Of a stretch of DNA of 62,386 nucleotides, positions 1 to 10,084 are shown piece by piece. The position numbers and the translations under genes were made by a program. The notes under the pieces are model-generated. The model had not been told where the DNA came from and did no database searches. It was given only the letters and a program-made list of their open reading frames with translations. Each line of letters begins with the position of its first letter. Positions within the stretch are counted from its first letter, which is position 1. Location: the NCBI GenBank assembly GCA_934463455.1, contig CAKSJU010000001.1, positions 1-62,386 of the forward strand, given 5' to 3'. This DNA comes from an uncultured Clostridia bacterium. Lineage in GTDB: Bacteria > Bacillota > Clostridia > UBA1381.

Positions 1-170
1 TAAAAACCGTTAGGACAATGTTCACAAATGTAAAAAGCATACCCCCTTTTGAAGTCACCGCAATGAATCATTTTATCAACATTTTCAATAACAGTATCAC
101 GGATTTTAATGTTAGAATTAAGAAGTTTATGGAAATGATCTGAAAAAAATGTTTTGTAAAATACTCATAT
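1..170 (-). mobile_element. IS91-family (rolling-circle) transposase gene; only the N-terminal zinc-binding part is present and the gene continues past the left edge
   Basis: Reverse translation of 1-140 gives DHFHKLLNSNIKIRDTVIENVDKMIHCGDFKRGYAFYICEHCPNGF. This is the CGD-x-x-G-x-x-Y-x-C-x-x-C pattern I associate with the IS91 transposase Zn-binding N-terminus. The ATG at 168-170 reads MSILQNIFF and then goes out of frame by one base across the A7/T7 run at 144-150. Confidence 0.5.
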
Positions 171-277
171 GTATATTATACCACAGAATTAGAAAAAAGA
201 AAAGTCTACCCCTCAAGATTGAGGGGCAGGGGTGTTGAGGTGCGAGTCATCGCACTTTTTTATATACATTAATAATC

Positions 278-1144
278 TTAAGGTTTACACAAAATGAGGG
301 ATTGCCCCACAATTTTCCATTTCTTATCCGTTTTTGAAAACTCATCGTCAAGCCATTGCTTTTGTGTTTCCAAATCACTTTCCGTATTCAAAATAACAAA
401 ATGCGCATTTCCGTAGTCAAGCGAAGCTGTTGTTCCCTCGGGTATCGGAGAAGGTGCTTCGCTGCCGGGGGCATTCCCGAAATATTCTTTAAAAAGCTTT
501 GCATAGGTTGTGCTTTTTTGGTCATGGTTGCCTACAACCGGAATAAACGGCTTGTCTGTAAGATTTCCGCTGTTTTCATAAAGCATATCCATTTCAGCCG
601 CGTTATCGTTATTATCCGTAATATCGCCGGTATGAACGGTAAAATCATAATTTTCGTCTGCCAAAGCGCGGTAAGCCGTCCCCACTCGGCAAACTGATTG
701 CCGGTTGAAGCCTACGTATCCGATACGTGCAAAAAAGAAAATTCATTTTTGTCGGTGTCAATGTTAAGCGGCACGGCTTTGATTTCCTTATTTCTTTTAA
801 ATTCCGTATAAGTCCATTCACCGTCCCCGGAACAGCGCAGTCCGACCTCGCCGATGTCCGCGGTTCTGTAATCAATTTTTGCAAAATCCTTTGCATTATT
901 ATCCGTATCCGAAAAATTAACTCGTCTTATTGCTTTTTGTTCCGTCAACAGAAGCAAAAAGCTTTGCTGATGCCTGTATAATTCCCGATGTTGCATCGTA
1001 ACCGCTGTCTTTGTCGCCTGTCAGCGATGATGTATAATAAAAAGCAGCCAAAATTTCATCCGTTGCGGCAAAAGCCTGAAACGGTGTAAAACAACTTAAA
1101 ACAAATGTTAATGAAATAATGAAACTAAAGATTTTTTTCTGCAT
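278..1144 (-). pseudogene. Decayed secreted calcineurin-like metallophosphoesterase
   Basis: Three consecutive minus-strand ORFs in different frames reconstruct one protein: 1144-917 (signal peptide MQKKIFSFIISLTFVLSCFTPFQAFA), 996-712 (..FSFLHVSDT) and 685-278 (..DFTVHTGDITDNND..VVGNHDQ..). There is an in-frame TAG at 712-714 followed by still-sensible ASTGNQFAEWG. There are at least two frameshifts (about 925-950 and 670-690). The 3' end is truncated (..KWKIVG then unrelated residues) next to the IS91-like element. Confidence 0.75.
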
Positions 1145-1178
1145 AAAATTCATTCCTTCTTTTAGAATAAACAAATAT

Positions 1179-2684
1179 TTATTTGAAAGTAAAGTCCTCT
1201 GCACCGCTGTCATCCAAAAACAAATCGGAGACATCAAGCTTTTTGCCGTTGACAGATATATCCGAAATGCTTATGCCGCGGTATTTGATATTTTCGGCTT
1301 GCGAGATGAAATGAACGGCTATATAGGGCTTGTTATCCTTTAGCCATAATTTATCATCGTAATAAACATTTATATTTTTATAAGTAACATCGTGAACTCC
1401 GCGGGCTTCAAAATCAGAGGTATCTACATCGGGAGCCTCGGGCATGCCCCAAAGCTTGCGTGTTTCGGAGGTTCTGTACAGGCCGTTGTTTATATTAATT
1501 AAAATAGGTATCGCCTGAGTATTTTCTTTGTTATATTTCATCTCGTCCGTTTCCTGATACTGAGAATCGGTATCAAACGAATTGTATTCCACATTTATAT
1601 TTTCAAATACAACATTTGAAATTTCGGCATAATCTCCGTTGGATATGTCGAGAGCTATTCCGCCGCCGCGCAAAACATCGCAGTTTTTAAAGCCGATATT
1701 GTCATATGCTCGGCAGCAGGTTTCTATGCCCACTTCGCAGCATTTGCCCCAATCGCACCAAAGCACGCAGTTATCGGTGTGAATGTTTACATTATCGAGA
1801 TGAGCATAGCGGTCAATTCCTTTTATTGTGATGGTGTCGTCAAAGGAATGAATAAAAGAATTTTTTATAAATATATCGCGGCAATTCACAATATCGATTC
1901 CGTCGGTATTATAGCGCCATTGTCCGAATATTTTTATATTATCCGCTGTTACATTGCGGCATGCGAACAGATTAAGGCACCATATTGCCGAGTTTTTCAT
2001 GCCGACGCCCTCAATTTTTATGTTGTTACATTCATAAAATTTCATATTTCCGTTGGCATAATCTTCATAGCAATGTATGCAGAAGCGCTCTTCGTTGCTG
2101 TCATCCAAAATACCGTTTCCGAAAATATGTATGTTTTCGGCATTTTCGGCAAATAAGCATCCGAAAACAAGTGCGTCTTTATCAACATATACACTTTCGT
2201 TGCTTTTTAAAGTGATTTTGCCCGGGTAGTGAATACCGGCACCGAAAAAGTAGGTTACATCGCTTTCTTTCGGAGCGGCAATAGGTTTGCTGTTGAAGAT
2301 ATAAAGACAATGGTGATAGCTGTCGCACTCCAAAACAAACTGTCCGTTTTCTTTAAGCGAAAAGCTGATTTTTCCGTTTTCATCGGTGTATGAAACATTC
2401 TTTGAATACGGTTTTATAAGTATTTTTTCGTATTTGCGGTTTACAATAACCTCTAATTTTATTTCCTCATCGCTTACTATATTTACATATGAAGCAAGCT
2501 CGGTCTGCTCGATGGGTCTTTGAAATCCCGTCCAGACTCTGTTAAGCGGATATTGGGAGATACGGCAGGTATAAACGGGAATTTCCCCGCCGTTTACAAA
2601 TACTCTGTAATCCTCCGAAATCGGCTCGATATAGTTATAAACCGATTTTGTGTAGTTGTGTTCGAATTTTGAATAAGTATACAT
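1179..2684 (-). CDS. Glycoside hydrolase family 28-like (polygalacturonase/rhamnogalacturonase-type parallel beta-helix), cytoplasmic
   Basis: 501-aa ORF. It carries QWRYNTDGIDIVNC and HSFDDTITIKG motifs (the NTDG and DD signatures of GH28) and has no signal peptide. Confidence 0.7.
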   Translation of the reverse strand: MYTYSKFEHNYTKSVYNYIEPISEDYRVFVNGGEIPVYTCRISQYPLNRVWTGFQRPIEQTELASYVNIVSDEEIKLEVIVNRKYEKILIKPYSKNVSYTDENGKISFSLKENGQFVLECDSYHHCLYIFNSKPIAAPKESDVTYFFGAGIHYPGKITLKSNESVYVDKDALVFGCLFAENAENIHIFGNGILDDSNEERFCIHCYEDYANGNMKFYECNNIKIEGVGMKNSAIWCLNLFACRNVTADNIKIFGQWRYNTDGIDIVNCRDIFIKNSFIHSFDDTITIKGIDRYAHLDNVNIHTDNCVLWCDWGKCCEVGIETCCRAYDNIGFKNCDVLRGGGIALDISNGDYAEISNVVFENINVEYNSFDTDSQYQETDEMKYNKENTQAIPILININNGLYRTSETRKLWGMPEAPDVDTSDFEARGVHDVTYKNINVYYDDKLWLKDNKPYIAVHFISQAENIKYRGISISDISVNGKKLDVSDLFLDDSGAEDFTFK

Positions 2685-2748
2685 ACTTTTCCTCCAAATG
2701 ACTGTTTTAATTTAGTTATATAATATCATATTTAATTTACAATTTCTA

Positions 2749-2778
2749 TTGACTTTTAGACAAAAAATGTTGTATAAT
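2749..2778 (+). promoter_or_regulatory. Sigma-A type promoter for the AraC-family gene
   Basis: TTGACT (2749-2754), 18-nt spacer, TATAAT (2773-2778) with an upstream TG (extended -10). Confidence 0.55.
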
Positions 2779-2802
2779 CGTCATATAATATAATGGGGAG
2801 GA

Positions 2803-3624
2803 ATGAACGTGGAAGATAAAAGCTTTAGTCTCGGCGGTATCAAGCCGTTTGATTTTATGATAAAATATTCAAAGATGAACAAGTATAATCACACCGACGG
2901 AATAGACGCACATACGCACAGCGAATGTGAAATTTATATTAATTTGACGGGCGATATAGCATTCATGGTTGAGGACAATATTTACCAGGTTAAAAGAGGT
3001 AATGCAATAATAACGAGACCTAATGAATGGCATCATTGTATTTATAACAGCGATGCGGAGCAGCGGCTTTTCTGGATTTTGTTTTCATCGGACGGAAACG
3101 AAGCTTTTTTGGATAAGTTTTTCAAGAGAAAAAACGGAGAGAAAAATCTGATTGTGCTTTCGCAGGAAAAAAGTGAAGAGCTGATTGATTTATGTTATAA
3201 GCTGCTGGATAAAAAAAAGAGTGATATTAAAAGATATATGTACTTTTTTGAGCTTCTCGGATATTTGGAGGACAGTGAAGCGTCGGTGGCTTCGGATAAT
3301 TTGTTAGGTGCTGATGTTGAGCTTGCAATAGAGTACATAAACCACAATATGAGCCGAAATGTAAGTATAAAGGAGGCTGCCGCACACGCATTTGTGAGCG
3401 TAAAAACATTGGAAAGGCATTTTATAAAATGTCTTAACATGTCACCGGCGGAGTACATAAGGTACAAACGTCTTGTTCAGAGTGTTGAAATGCTCAGAGA
3501 GGGGAAGAGCGTTACCGAAGCGGCAATGGAGACGGGATTTTGCGATACTTCACATTTTATATATTCTTTTAAAAAGCATTTCAAAATGACACCGCTGGAG
3601 TATAAAAAGAAAGCAATAAAATAA
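2803..3624 (+). CDS. AraC-family transcriptional regulator (cupin sensor + double HTH)
   Basis: 273 aa. The C-terminus ..VKTLERHFIKCLNMSPAEYIRYKRL..ETGFCDTSHFIYSFKKHFKMTPLEYKK is typical of AraC HTH domains. The in-frame GTG at 2809 is better spaced from GGAGG (2797-2801). Confidence 0.85.
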   Translation: MNVEDKSFSLGGIKPFDFMIKYSKMNKYNHTDGIDAHTHSECEIYINLTGDIAFMVEDNIYQVKRGNAIITRPNEWHHCIYNSDAEQRLFWILFSSDGNEAFLDKFFKRKNGEKNLIVLSQEKSEELIDLCYKLLDKKKSDIKRYMYFFELLGYLEDSEASVASDNLLGADVELAIEYINHNMSRNVSIKEAAAHAFVSVKTLERHFIKCLNMSPAEYIRYKRLVQSVEMLREGKSVTEAAMETGFCDTSHFIYSFKKHFKMTPLEYKKKAIK

Positions 3625-3657
3625 TGGGCTGTTAAAAAGGTTAATAACAGCCCATTA
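3625..3657. terminator. Bidirectional hairpin between convergent genes
   Basis: ATGGGCTGTTA-aaaagg-TTAATAACAGCCCAT lies between the AraC stop and the transketolase stop. Confidence 0.6.
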
Positions 3658-3671
3658 GTCTTTAGAGGTAT

Positions 3672-4601
3672 TTATTTTAAAGCAACAGCTTCTTTTGCTT
3701 TAGCTGCGATATTTTCGGCAGTAAGTCCGTATGCTTTCAAAAGCTCGGCAGGTGTGCCGGATGCTCCGAAACGGTCGGTGCCGACAATTTTTACCGGTAC
3801 CGGTTTTGCAGCGGCAACAACTTCGCATACCGCACTTCCGAGACCGCCCATTATATAATGTTCTTCGGCGGTAACGATTGCTCCGGTTTCTTCTGCGGCT
3901 TTTGCGATTATTTCCGAATCAATCGGTTTGATTGTATGGATGTTGATAACCCTTGCGTCTATGCCGTCGGCTTTTAAAAGCTCTTTGGCTTTGAGTGCTT
4001 CGCCTACCATAAGTCCGGTAGCTATTATTGTTACATCCTTGCCGTCCGCAAGTGTTACGCCTTTTCCGAGTTCGAATTTATAATCTTCAGAATTTACGTC
4101 ATCGACAGCAAGTCTCCCGAAGCGCATGTATACGGGACCGTCATGGTCAATTGCCGCTTTTACGCATGCCATAGCTTCGATGTCATCGGCAGGGTTTAAT
4201 ATAACCATGTTGGGAATTGTTCTCATTAAGCCTATGTCTTCGAGGCATTGATGAGTTGCTCCGTCTTCGCCGACAGAAATTCCGGCATGTGTTGCACCGA
4301 TTTTTACATTGAGATTGGGATAAGCTATTGAATTGCGTATTTGTTCGAATGCTCTTCCTGCCGCAAACATTGCAAAGCTTGAAGCAAATGCGATTTTACC
4401 GGCAGCGGCAAGCCCTGCGGCAACGCTCATCATATTTCCCTCTGCAATTCCGCAGTTTATAAATCTTTCGGGGTATACCTTTTTGAACATTTCTGTTTTT
4501 GTTGATTTTGAAAGGTCGGCGTCAAGCACGACTATTCTTTCATCGGCACCGAATTTTGCCAGTGCCGCACCGTAGGATTCTCTTGTAGCTTTTCTTGCCA
4601 T
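3672..4601 (-). CDS. Transketolase, C-terminal subunit (split transketolase)
   Basis: 309 aa, containing ..FINCGIAEGNMMSVAAGLA.. and ..GEDGATHQCLEDIGLMR... Its start overlaps the stop of the upstream subunit (TAATG at 4601). Confidence 0.9.
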   Translation of the reverse strand: MARKATRESYGAALAKFGADERIVVLDADLSKSTKTEMFKKVYPERFINCGIAEGNMMSVAAGLAAAGKIAFASSFAMFAAGRAFEQIRNSIAYPNLNVKIGATHAGISVGEDGATHQCLEDIGLMRTIPNMVILNPADDIEAMACVKAAIDHDGPVYMRFGRLAVDDVNSEDYKFELGKGVTLADGKDVTIIATGLMVGEALKAKELLKADGIDARVINIHTIKPIDSEIIAKAAEETGAIVTAEEHYIMGGLGSAVCEVVAAAKPVPVKIVGTDRFGASGTPAELLKAYGLTAENIAAKAKEAVALK

Positions 4602-5458
4602 TATAACGCCGCCTCCTCTTTTGAAATTAATTCATCAAGCTCTTTTATCGCTGTATTGTACTGTTCTTCGTTCGGAGCAGCACCGTGCCAGCCCGCTTGA
4701 TTTTCCATATATGATACGTTTTTGCCTTTTATTGATTTCATAATTACAACAGTCGGTTTACCTTTGGTTGCTTTTGCTTCGTTCACAGCACTTTCAAGCG
4801 AATTGAAGTCGTGAGCGTCCGCCAAAATAACATGCCATCCGAAAGCACGGAATTTTTCGTCAATCGGAGTCGGATTCATAACGTCTTTTATATTACCGTC
4901 TATCTGCAAACCATTGTTATCAACAAAGGCAGTCAGGTTGTCCAGCTTATAGTGAGCGGCAAACATCGCCTGTTCCCAGACTTGTCCCTCTTCAAGCTCA
5001 CCGTCGCCGAGTGCTGCATATACTCTGTAGTCTTTTTTATCAAGCTTTGCAGCCAATGCCATACCTCCGGCAGCGGAAATCCCCTGACCGAGCGAGCCTG
5101 TTGACATGTCTACACCCGGAACTTTTTTCATTTCGGGATGCCCCTGAAGAATGCTTCCGTAGTGACGAAAAGTAGGAATTAAATCGGTGCTGAAATATCC
5201 TCTTTCAGCCAATACTCCGTAAAGCGCCGGTGCGGTATGTCCCTTTGAAAGAACAAATCTGTCGCGGTTTTCGGCTTTCGGATTTTTTGGGTCTATGTTC
5301 ATTACATCAAAATATAAGTAAGCGAGCAAATCGGCAATTGAAAGTGAGCCGCCGGGATGACCCGACTTTGCACTGTACACAGCCGTAAGAGCATGCTTTC
5401 TTACTTTGTTTCCAATGATAGAAAGCTCTGTTTGTCTTTTTTTCTCCATTGTATTCAA
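4601..5458 (-). CDS. Transketolase, N-terminal (TPP-binding) subunit
   Basis: 285 aa, containing ..SGHPGGSLSIADLLAYLY..RDRFVLSKGHTAPALY..GDGELEEGQVWE... Confidence 0.9.
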   Translation of the reverse strand: MNTMEKKRQTELSIIGNKVRKHALTAVYSAKSGHPGGSLSIADLLAYLYFDVMNIDPKNPKAENRDRFVLSKGHTAPALYGVLAERGYFSTDLIPTFRHYGSILQGHPEMKKVPGVDMSTGSLGQGISAAGGMALAAKLDKKDYRVYAALGDGELEEGQVWEQAMFAAHYKLDNLTAFVDNNGLQIDGNIKDVMNPTPIDEKFRAFGWHVILADAHDFNSLESAVNEAKATKGKPTVVIMKSIKGKNVSYMENQAGWHGAAPNEEQYNTAIKELDELISKEEAAL

Positions 5459-5504
5459 TCCTTTCTGATTTTTATAATATACTATTACTATTCGGGATAA
5501 CCGA

Positions 5505-5906
5505 TTAGCAGCAATTTTTTGCAGACTCGTAAGCTATTGACATAATTTCTTCAAGTCGTTTTTCTTCTTTGCCGAGATACAAATAACCGACAAGTGCCTC
5601 AAAACCGGTGGCTCGGCGATAATCGGTAAGGTCGGCGTTTTTCGGAACGGTTGCCGATTTTGCATTTCGCCCTCTTTTGTAGACGGCAAGCTCCGCTTCA
5701 CTTAGCAAAGGCTCCAAAACCGTCATGCTGTTGCTTTGAGCGTGAGCTTTAACATATTCTATAGTATGCCGATGGAGCTTGTACGCAGGCATATCCTCGT
5801 GCTCTGCGATAACTCTTGTGCGGACATATACTTCATATACGGCGTCACCTATATATGCAAGCACAAGCGGGGCATACTGCGACGGCTTTTTTTCAGGCTT
5901 GTTCAT
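5505..5906 (-). CDS. mrnC: Mini-ribonuclease 3
   Basis: 133 aa, containing LAYIGDAVYEVYVR..YKRGRN..ATGFEALVGYLYL. It sits in the conserved position downstream of cysS. Confidence 0.85.
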   Translation of the reverse strand: MNKPEKKPSQYAPLVLAYIGDAVYEVYVRTRVIAEHEDMPAYKLHRHTIEYVKAHAQSNSMTVLEPLLSEAELAVYKRGRNAKSATVPKNADLTDYRRATGFEALVGYLYLGKEEKRLEEIMSIAYESAKNCC

Positions 5907-5907
5907 T

Positions 5908-7314
5908 TTACTGCCCTCTTGTCCATTGTACTCCGGCGGGCGTATCTTTAAGCGTTATACCCATTTCGGAAAGCTTGTTCCGTATTTCGTCCGCTTTTGC
6001 CCAATCCTTGTTTTTTCTTGCTTCGGTACGGGCTTTGATAAGTTCTTCTATTTCCTCATCGGCATTGTTTTCGCGTTCCTTGTTGAAAAGACCGAGAACA
6101 CCGCCGAGTTCTTTGATTTCAGACAGAATTTTGTCAATTATTTTTATCGAATTTGAATGTTCTGCCGAAATTGTGGTATTTGCGGCATAGACAATATCGA
6201 ATATTGCAGCAATTGCGTCTGCTGTATTTAAGTCATCGTCCATAGCGGCGATGAATTTATCTTTCAGCTCATCGGCTTTTTCGGATAAAGCTTTTTCGGA
6301 AGCATTCAATTCTCTGTCTTCGGCACTTTTTTTGAGAAAATTCAAATTGTCGATACAGGTATAAACCCTTTCAACCGCTGATTTTGATTGCTCCATGAGT
6401 ACATCCGAGAAATTTACCGGGCTTCTGTAGTGTGCCGAAAGCATGAAAAATCTTACCACTTCGGGGTCATATTTTGCGGTAATATCACGTACGGTAAAGA
6501 AATTACCGAGAGATTTACTCATTTTTTGGTTGTTTATATTGATATATCCGTTGTGCATCCAATAGTGTGCAAACGGAGCATTGTTTGCACATTCGCTTTG
6601 CGCAATTTCATTTTCATGGTGGGGAAAAATCAAATCTCTTCCACCCGAATGAATGTCTATTGTTTTGCCGAGGTATTTGTTAGCCATTGCGGAACATTCT
6701 ATATGCCAGCCGGGACGTCCCAATCCCCAGGGGCTCTCCCAGGCAGGCTCACCTTCTTTTTGCTTTTTCCAGAGAGCAAAATCCATGGCATCTTTTTTGC
6801 TTTCGTTAACATCAATGCGTGCACCTGCCTCAAGGTCTTCAAGAGGCTGTTTTGAAAGCTTTCCGTAGCCGCTGAATTTTTTTGTGGAAAAGTATACGTT
6901 GCCGTCAACGTTATACGCATAACCGTTATCTATCAGCTTTTGCACAATTTCGATTATTGCGTCTATATTCTCGGTAGCCTTTGGGTGTACGGTAGCTTTT
7001 TTTATTCCGAGAGCTTCGGCATCTTTAAAGTATTCGCTTATAAATCTTTCACCGAGTTCTTTTACGGTAATGCCTTCACGGTTGGCACGATTAATCATTT
7101 TATCGTCAATGTCGGTAAAATTTTGTACAAATTTGACTTTGTATCCGATATACTCCAAATATCTTCTCATTGTATCAAAAATTATGAACGGGCGGGCGTT
7201 GCCTATGTGAAAATAATCATAGACGGTAGGACCGCAGGAGTACATTTTAACTTCGTTTTTGTCTATGGGGACAAAGTCTTCCTTTTTGCCGGTCATGGTA
7301 TTATATATTTTCAT
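5908..7314 (-). CDS. cysS: Cysteine--tRNA ligase
   Basis: 468 aa, with class I HIGN (FHIGNARP) and KMSKS (QKMSKSLGN) motifs. Confidence 0.95.
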   Translation of the reverse strand: MKIYNTMTGKKEDFVPIDKNEVKMYSCGPTVYDYFHIGNARPFIIFDTMRRYLEYIGYKVKFVQNFTDIDDKMINRANREGITVKELGERFISEYFKDAEALGIKKATVHPKATENIDAIIEIVQKLIDNGYAYNVDGNVYFSTKKFSGYGKLSKQPLEDLEAGARIDVNESKKDAMDFALWKKQKEGEPAWESPWGLGRPGWHIECSAMANKYLGKTIDIHSGGRDLIFPHHENEIAQSECANNAPFAHYWMHNGYININNQKMSKSLGNFFTVRDITAKYDPEVVRFFMLSAHYRSPVNFSDVLMEQSKSAVERVYTCIDNLNFLKKSAEDRELNASEKALSEKADELKDKFIAAMDDDLNTADAIAAIFDIVYAANTTISAEHSNSIKIIDKILSEIKELGGVLGLFNKERENNADEEIEELIKARTEARKNKDWAKADEIRNKLSEMGITLKDTPAGVQWTRGQ

Positions 7315-7999
7315 TTGGATTATCTCCTTTGCTCATTTTACATTTATCTGTCAGTTTTTCTTCCAGCTCACGAATACGGCTTTCCAATTTTGAAATATGC
7401 ACGGACATGGTACACATCTGCATGGAAATAGGGTCGGGGATTTTAACCTGGTCAAGGTCGGCACAATGTTCTATGCGCTTTCCCTCACGTTTTATAATCC
7501 GTGCGGGAACTCCGACACAGGTCGAATCGGGAGGCACTTCTGCCAAAACGACCGCACCTGCTGCGATTTTTGAATTATCTCCGACGGTGAAAGGACCTAA
7601 AACCTTTGCTCCGCTCCCGACCATGACATTATTGCCGAGCGTCGGATGGCGCTTGCCCTTTTCCTTACCCGTTCCGCCGAGGGTAACTCCCTGATATATG
7701 GTACAATCATCACCGATGATTGTTGTTTCGCCTATCACAACGCCCGTTCCGTGGTCTATAAAAAGTCCCTTTCCGATTGTTGCACCGGGGTGAATTTCTA
7801 TTCCGGTCCAAAATCTGGCAAACTGCGAAATAAAACGCGCGATAAATTTACATTTATGTATAAAGAAAAAATGTGCAATTCTGTGAAATATCATAGCTTT
7901 GACACCGGGGTAAAGAAGTAAGACTTCAACGGGGTTTCTTGCTGCCGGGTCACGTTCGAGCACGGATTTTATGTCATATCTTAAATTTTTGAAAAACAT
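7301..7999 (-). CDS. cysE: Serine O-acetyltransferase
   Basis: Hexapeptide-repeat region [41 protein letters not shown] at 7999 is preceded by GGAGG. It overlaps cysS by 14 nt and the protein ends in ..NENI. Confidence 0.9.
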   Translation of the reverse strand: MFFKNLRYDIKSVLERDPAARNPVEVLLLYPGVKAMIFHRIAHFFFIHKCKFIARFISQFARFWTGIEIHPGATIGKGLFIDHGTGVVIGETTIIGDDCTIYQGVTLGGTGKEKGKRHPTLGNNVMVGSGAKVLGPFTVGDNSKIAAGAVVLAEVPPDSTCVGVPARIIKREGKRIEHCADLDQVKIPDPISMQMCTMSVHISKLESRIRELEEKLTDKCKMSKGDNPNENI

Positions 8000-8233
8000 G
8001 GCATATATACCTCCTTTACGTACTATTAAATTATATCTTATTTTAAACAAAATTACAACCCGATTTTTTAAATTTTCTTAAAAATACCAAAACCGACGTG
8101 AATATACAACATTCATAAGTCAATTTAAACAAAATCATAAAAAAACATATTGCATTTTTTAAAAATAATTTGCATTTTTAACGATAGTATGGTAAAATTT
8201 TAATATCAGAAATTTTTTCGGAGGGAAAAAACT

Positions 8234-9094
8234 ATGAAAGCTATATTCGGTACTGCCGGAAACGGCGATTTATTTTATAAGGAAGGAAACAAAAAATCGG
8301 AGCAAATGCCACAATGGCTCAAAGGCTTCGGCTTGGACGCATACGAATATCAATGCGGCAACGGAGTGAGAATAGGTGAGACTTCGGCGCATAGTATAAA
8401 GGAAAATGCGGATGCAGCCGGAATTATTATGAGCGTGCATTCACCGTATTATATAAATCTTGCTACTCCGGAGGAGGAAAAAAGGATAAAAAGCGTAGAT
8501 TATATTATGCAGAGCGCAAATGCCGCAAAAATGCTGGGTGCGGAACGTGTTGTGGTACACAGCGGCGCACTCGGAAAGCTTACGCGAACAGAGGCAACGG
8601 ACTATGCAAAGCTTACATTGCGCATTGCGGCGGAAGAGCTGGAGAAAAACGGTTTCGGAGACATTCGTCTTTGCATAGAAACAATGGGCAAGATAAATCA
8701 GCTTGGTGATTTGGATGAAGTTATGGAGCTTTGTCTTTTAAATGAAAAATTTTTGCCGACAATAGACTTCGGACATCTTAATGCAAGGTGGCAGGGGACT
8801 GTCAAAACGGAAGATGATTATGATAAAATTGTCGGTACGATTGAAAATAAGCTTGGCGCGGAGAGAGCAAAGATTTTTCATGCGCATTTTAGCAAAATAG
8901 AGTATACAAAAGGGGGAGAAAAAAAACATCTCACCTTTGAAGATAATGTTTTCGGACCGGAATTTGAGCCGTTGGCAAAAGTTTTGGTAAAAAGAAAGCT
9001 TGCGCCGCATATAATCTGCGAATCCGCCGGGACACAGGCGGAGGATGCGCTTGAAATGAAACAAACATATAATAAATATTTGGGAGAGCAGTGA
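8234..9094 (+). CDS. TIM-barrel protein of the xylose isomerase-like / AP endonuclease family 2 fold
   Basis: 286 aa, containing ..[12 protein letters not shown].., ..RVVVHSG.., ..CIETMGK.. and ..IDFGHLNAR.., a pattern typical of Nfo-like TIM barrels. Confidence 0.55.
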   Translation: MKAIFGTAGNGDLFYKEGNKKSEQMPQWLKGFGLDAYEYQCGNGVRIGETSAHSIKENADAAGIIMSVHSPYYINLATPEEEKRIKSVDYIMQSANAAKMLGAERVVVHSGALGKLTRTEATDYAKLTLRIAAEELEKNGFGDIRLCIETMGKINQLGDLDEVMELCLLNEKFLPTIDFGHLNARWQGTVKTEDDYDKIVGTIENKLGAERAKIFHAHFSKIEYTKGGEKKHLTFEDNVFGPEFEPLAKVLVKRKLAPHIICESAGTQAEDALEMKQTYNKYLGEQ

Positions 9095-9099
9095 TTGAC

Positions 9100-9972
9100 A
9101 TGGAAGAATTAATTAAAAAAGCGGGCATACTTATTGAAGCGTTGCCGTACATTCAGAAATTTTCGAATAAAACGGTTGTAATAAAGTACGGCGGAAACGC
9201 TATGATAAACGAAGAGCTTAAAAACTCGGTTATGGAGGATATAACCCTTTTGAAATTTATAGGTCTTAACCCTATTGTTGTTCACGGAGGGGGACCGGAT
9301 ATATCTGCCGCACTTAAACAAAATAATGTAAAAAGTGAATTTATAAACGGACTGCGTGTGACCGACAGCGAGACCATGCAAATAGCTCAAATGGTTTTGG
9401 TAGGTAAAACAAACAAAGAAATAGTTTCACTTTTAAACAGTAACGGAGGAAAAGCTGTCGGCTTCTGCGGAATTGACGGAAGCTTTATAAAGTGTAAAAA
9501 GCAGTATACAAAGGTAGACGGCAAGGATGTGGATTTGGGCTATGTCGGCGAAATTACCGAAATAAATCCGCATTTGATTAAGTATATATCCGAGGATGCG
9601 TATATTCCGGTAATTGCTCCGATAGGAACGGACGATGACGGACAAAGCTACAATATCAATGCCGATACTGCAGCCGCTGCGATTGCTGCCGCCGCATCGG
9701 CGGAAAAGCTTATTTTGCTTACGGATGTTGAGGGTGTTAAGGATTCTGACGGCAATGTTATTTTTGAAACAGGCAAGGAGGAAATATTTGACCTGATTGA
9801 TAAAGGAGTAATAAACGGCGGAATGATTCCGAAGGTGCTCGGCTGTGTGAATGCGATTAATGCAGGAGTCAAGGGCGTACATATTATAGACGGACGTGTT
9901 CCGCATTGCCTGTTATTGGAGATTTTCACAAAAACAGGAATAGGGACACTGATAAAGGGTACAAATTATTAA
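9100..9972 (+). CDS. argB: Acetylglutamate kinase
   Basis: ..[28 protein letters not shown]... ATG 9100 is better spaced from GGGAGAG than the GTG at 9091. Confidence 0.9.
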   Translation: MEELIKKAGILIEALPYIQKFSNKTVVIKYGGNAMINEELKNSVMEDITLLKFIGLNPIVVHGGGPDISAALKQNNVKSEFINGLRVTDSETMQIAQMVLVGKTNKEIVSLLNSNGGKAVGFCGIDGSFIKCKKQYTKVDGKDVDLGYVGEITEINPHLIKYISEDAYIPVIAPIGTDDDGQSYNINADTAAAAIAAAASAEKLILLTDVEGVKDSDGNVIFETGKEEIFDLIDKGVINGGMIPKVLGCVNAINAGVKGVHIIDGRVPHCLLLEIFTKTGIGTLIKGTNY

Positions 9973-10084
9973 AAATACGTATAATCTCATATTTTAATGA
10001 ACATATTAGGGGCGGCCACACAGGACCGCCCCTACAAATATACGTTTTGCTTATACTCATTCAAAAACAAAAGTACGGAACTGC

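Noticed and set aside
7301-7480. C-terminal extension of CysE of about 55 aa with a heptad-like segment, ending in Ile.
   Set aside because: As far as I recall, Firmicute serine acetyltransferases commonly carry such a tail, and a C-terminal Ile is the usual CysK-docking residue. It is not unusual enough to report.
8000-8233. I expected a T-box leader upstream of the cysE-cysS operon, as in Bacillus.
   Set aside because: Reading the minus strand of this AT-rich spacer, I found no T-box sequence (AANNNGGGTGGTACCGCG-like; CGCGGTACCACCC on the plus strand), no specifier-loop architecture and no terminator/antiterminator pair.
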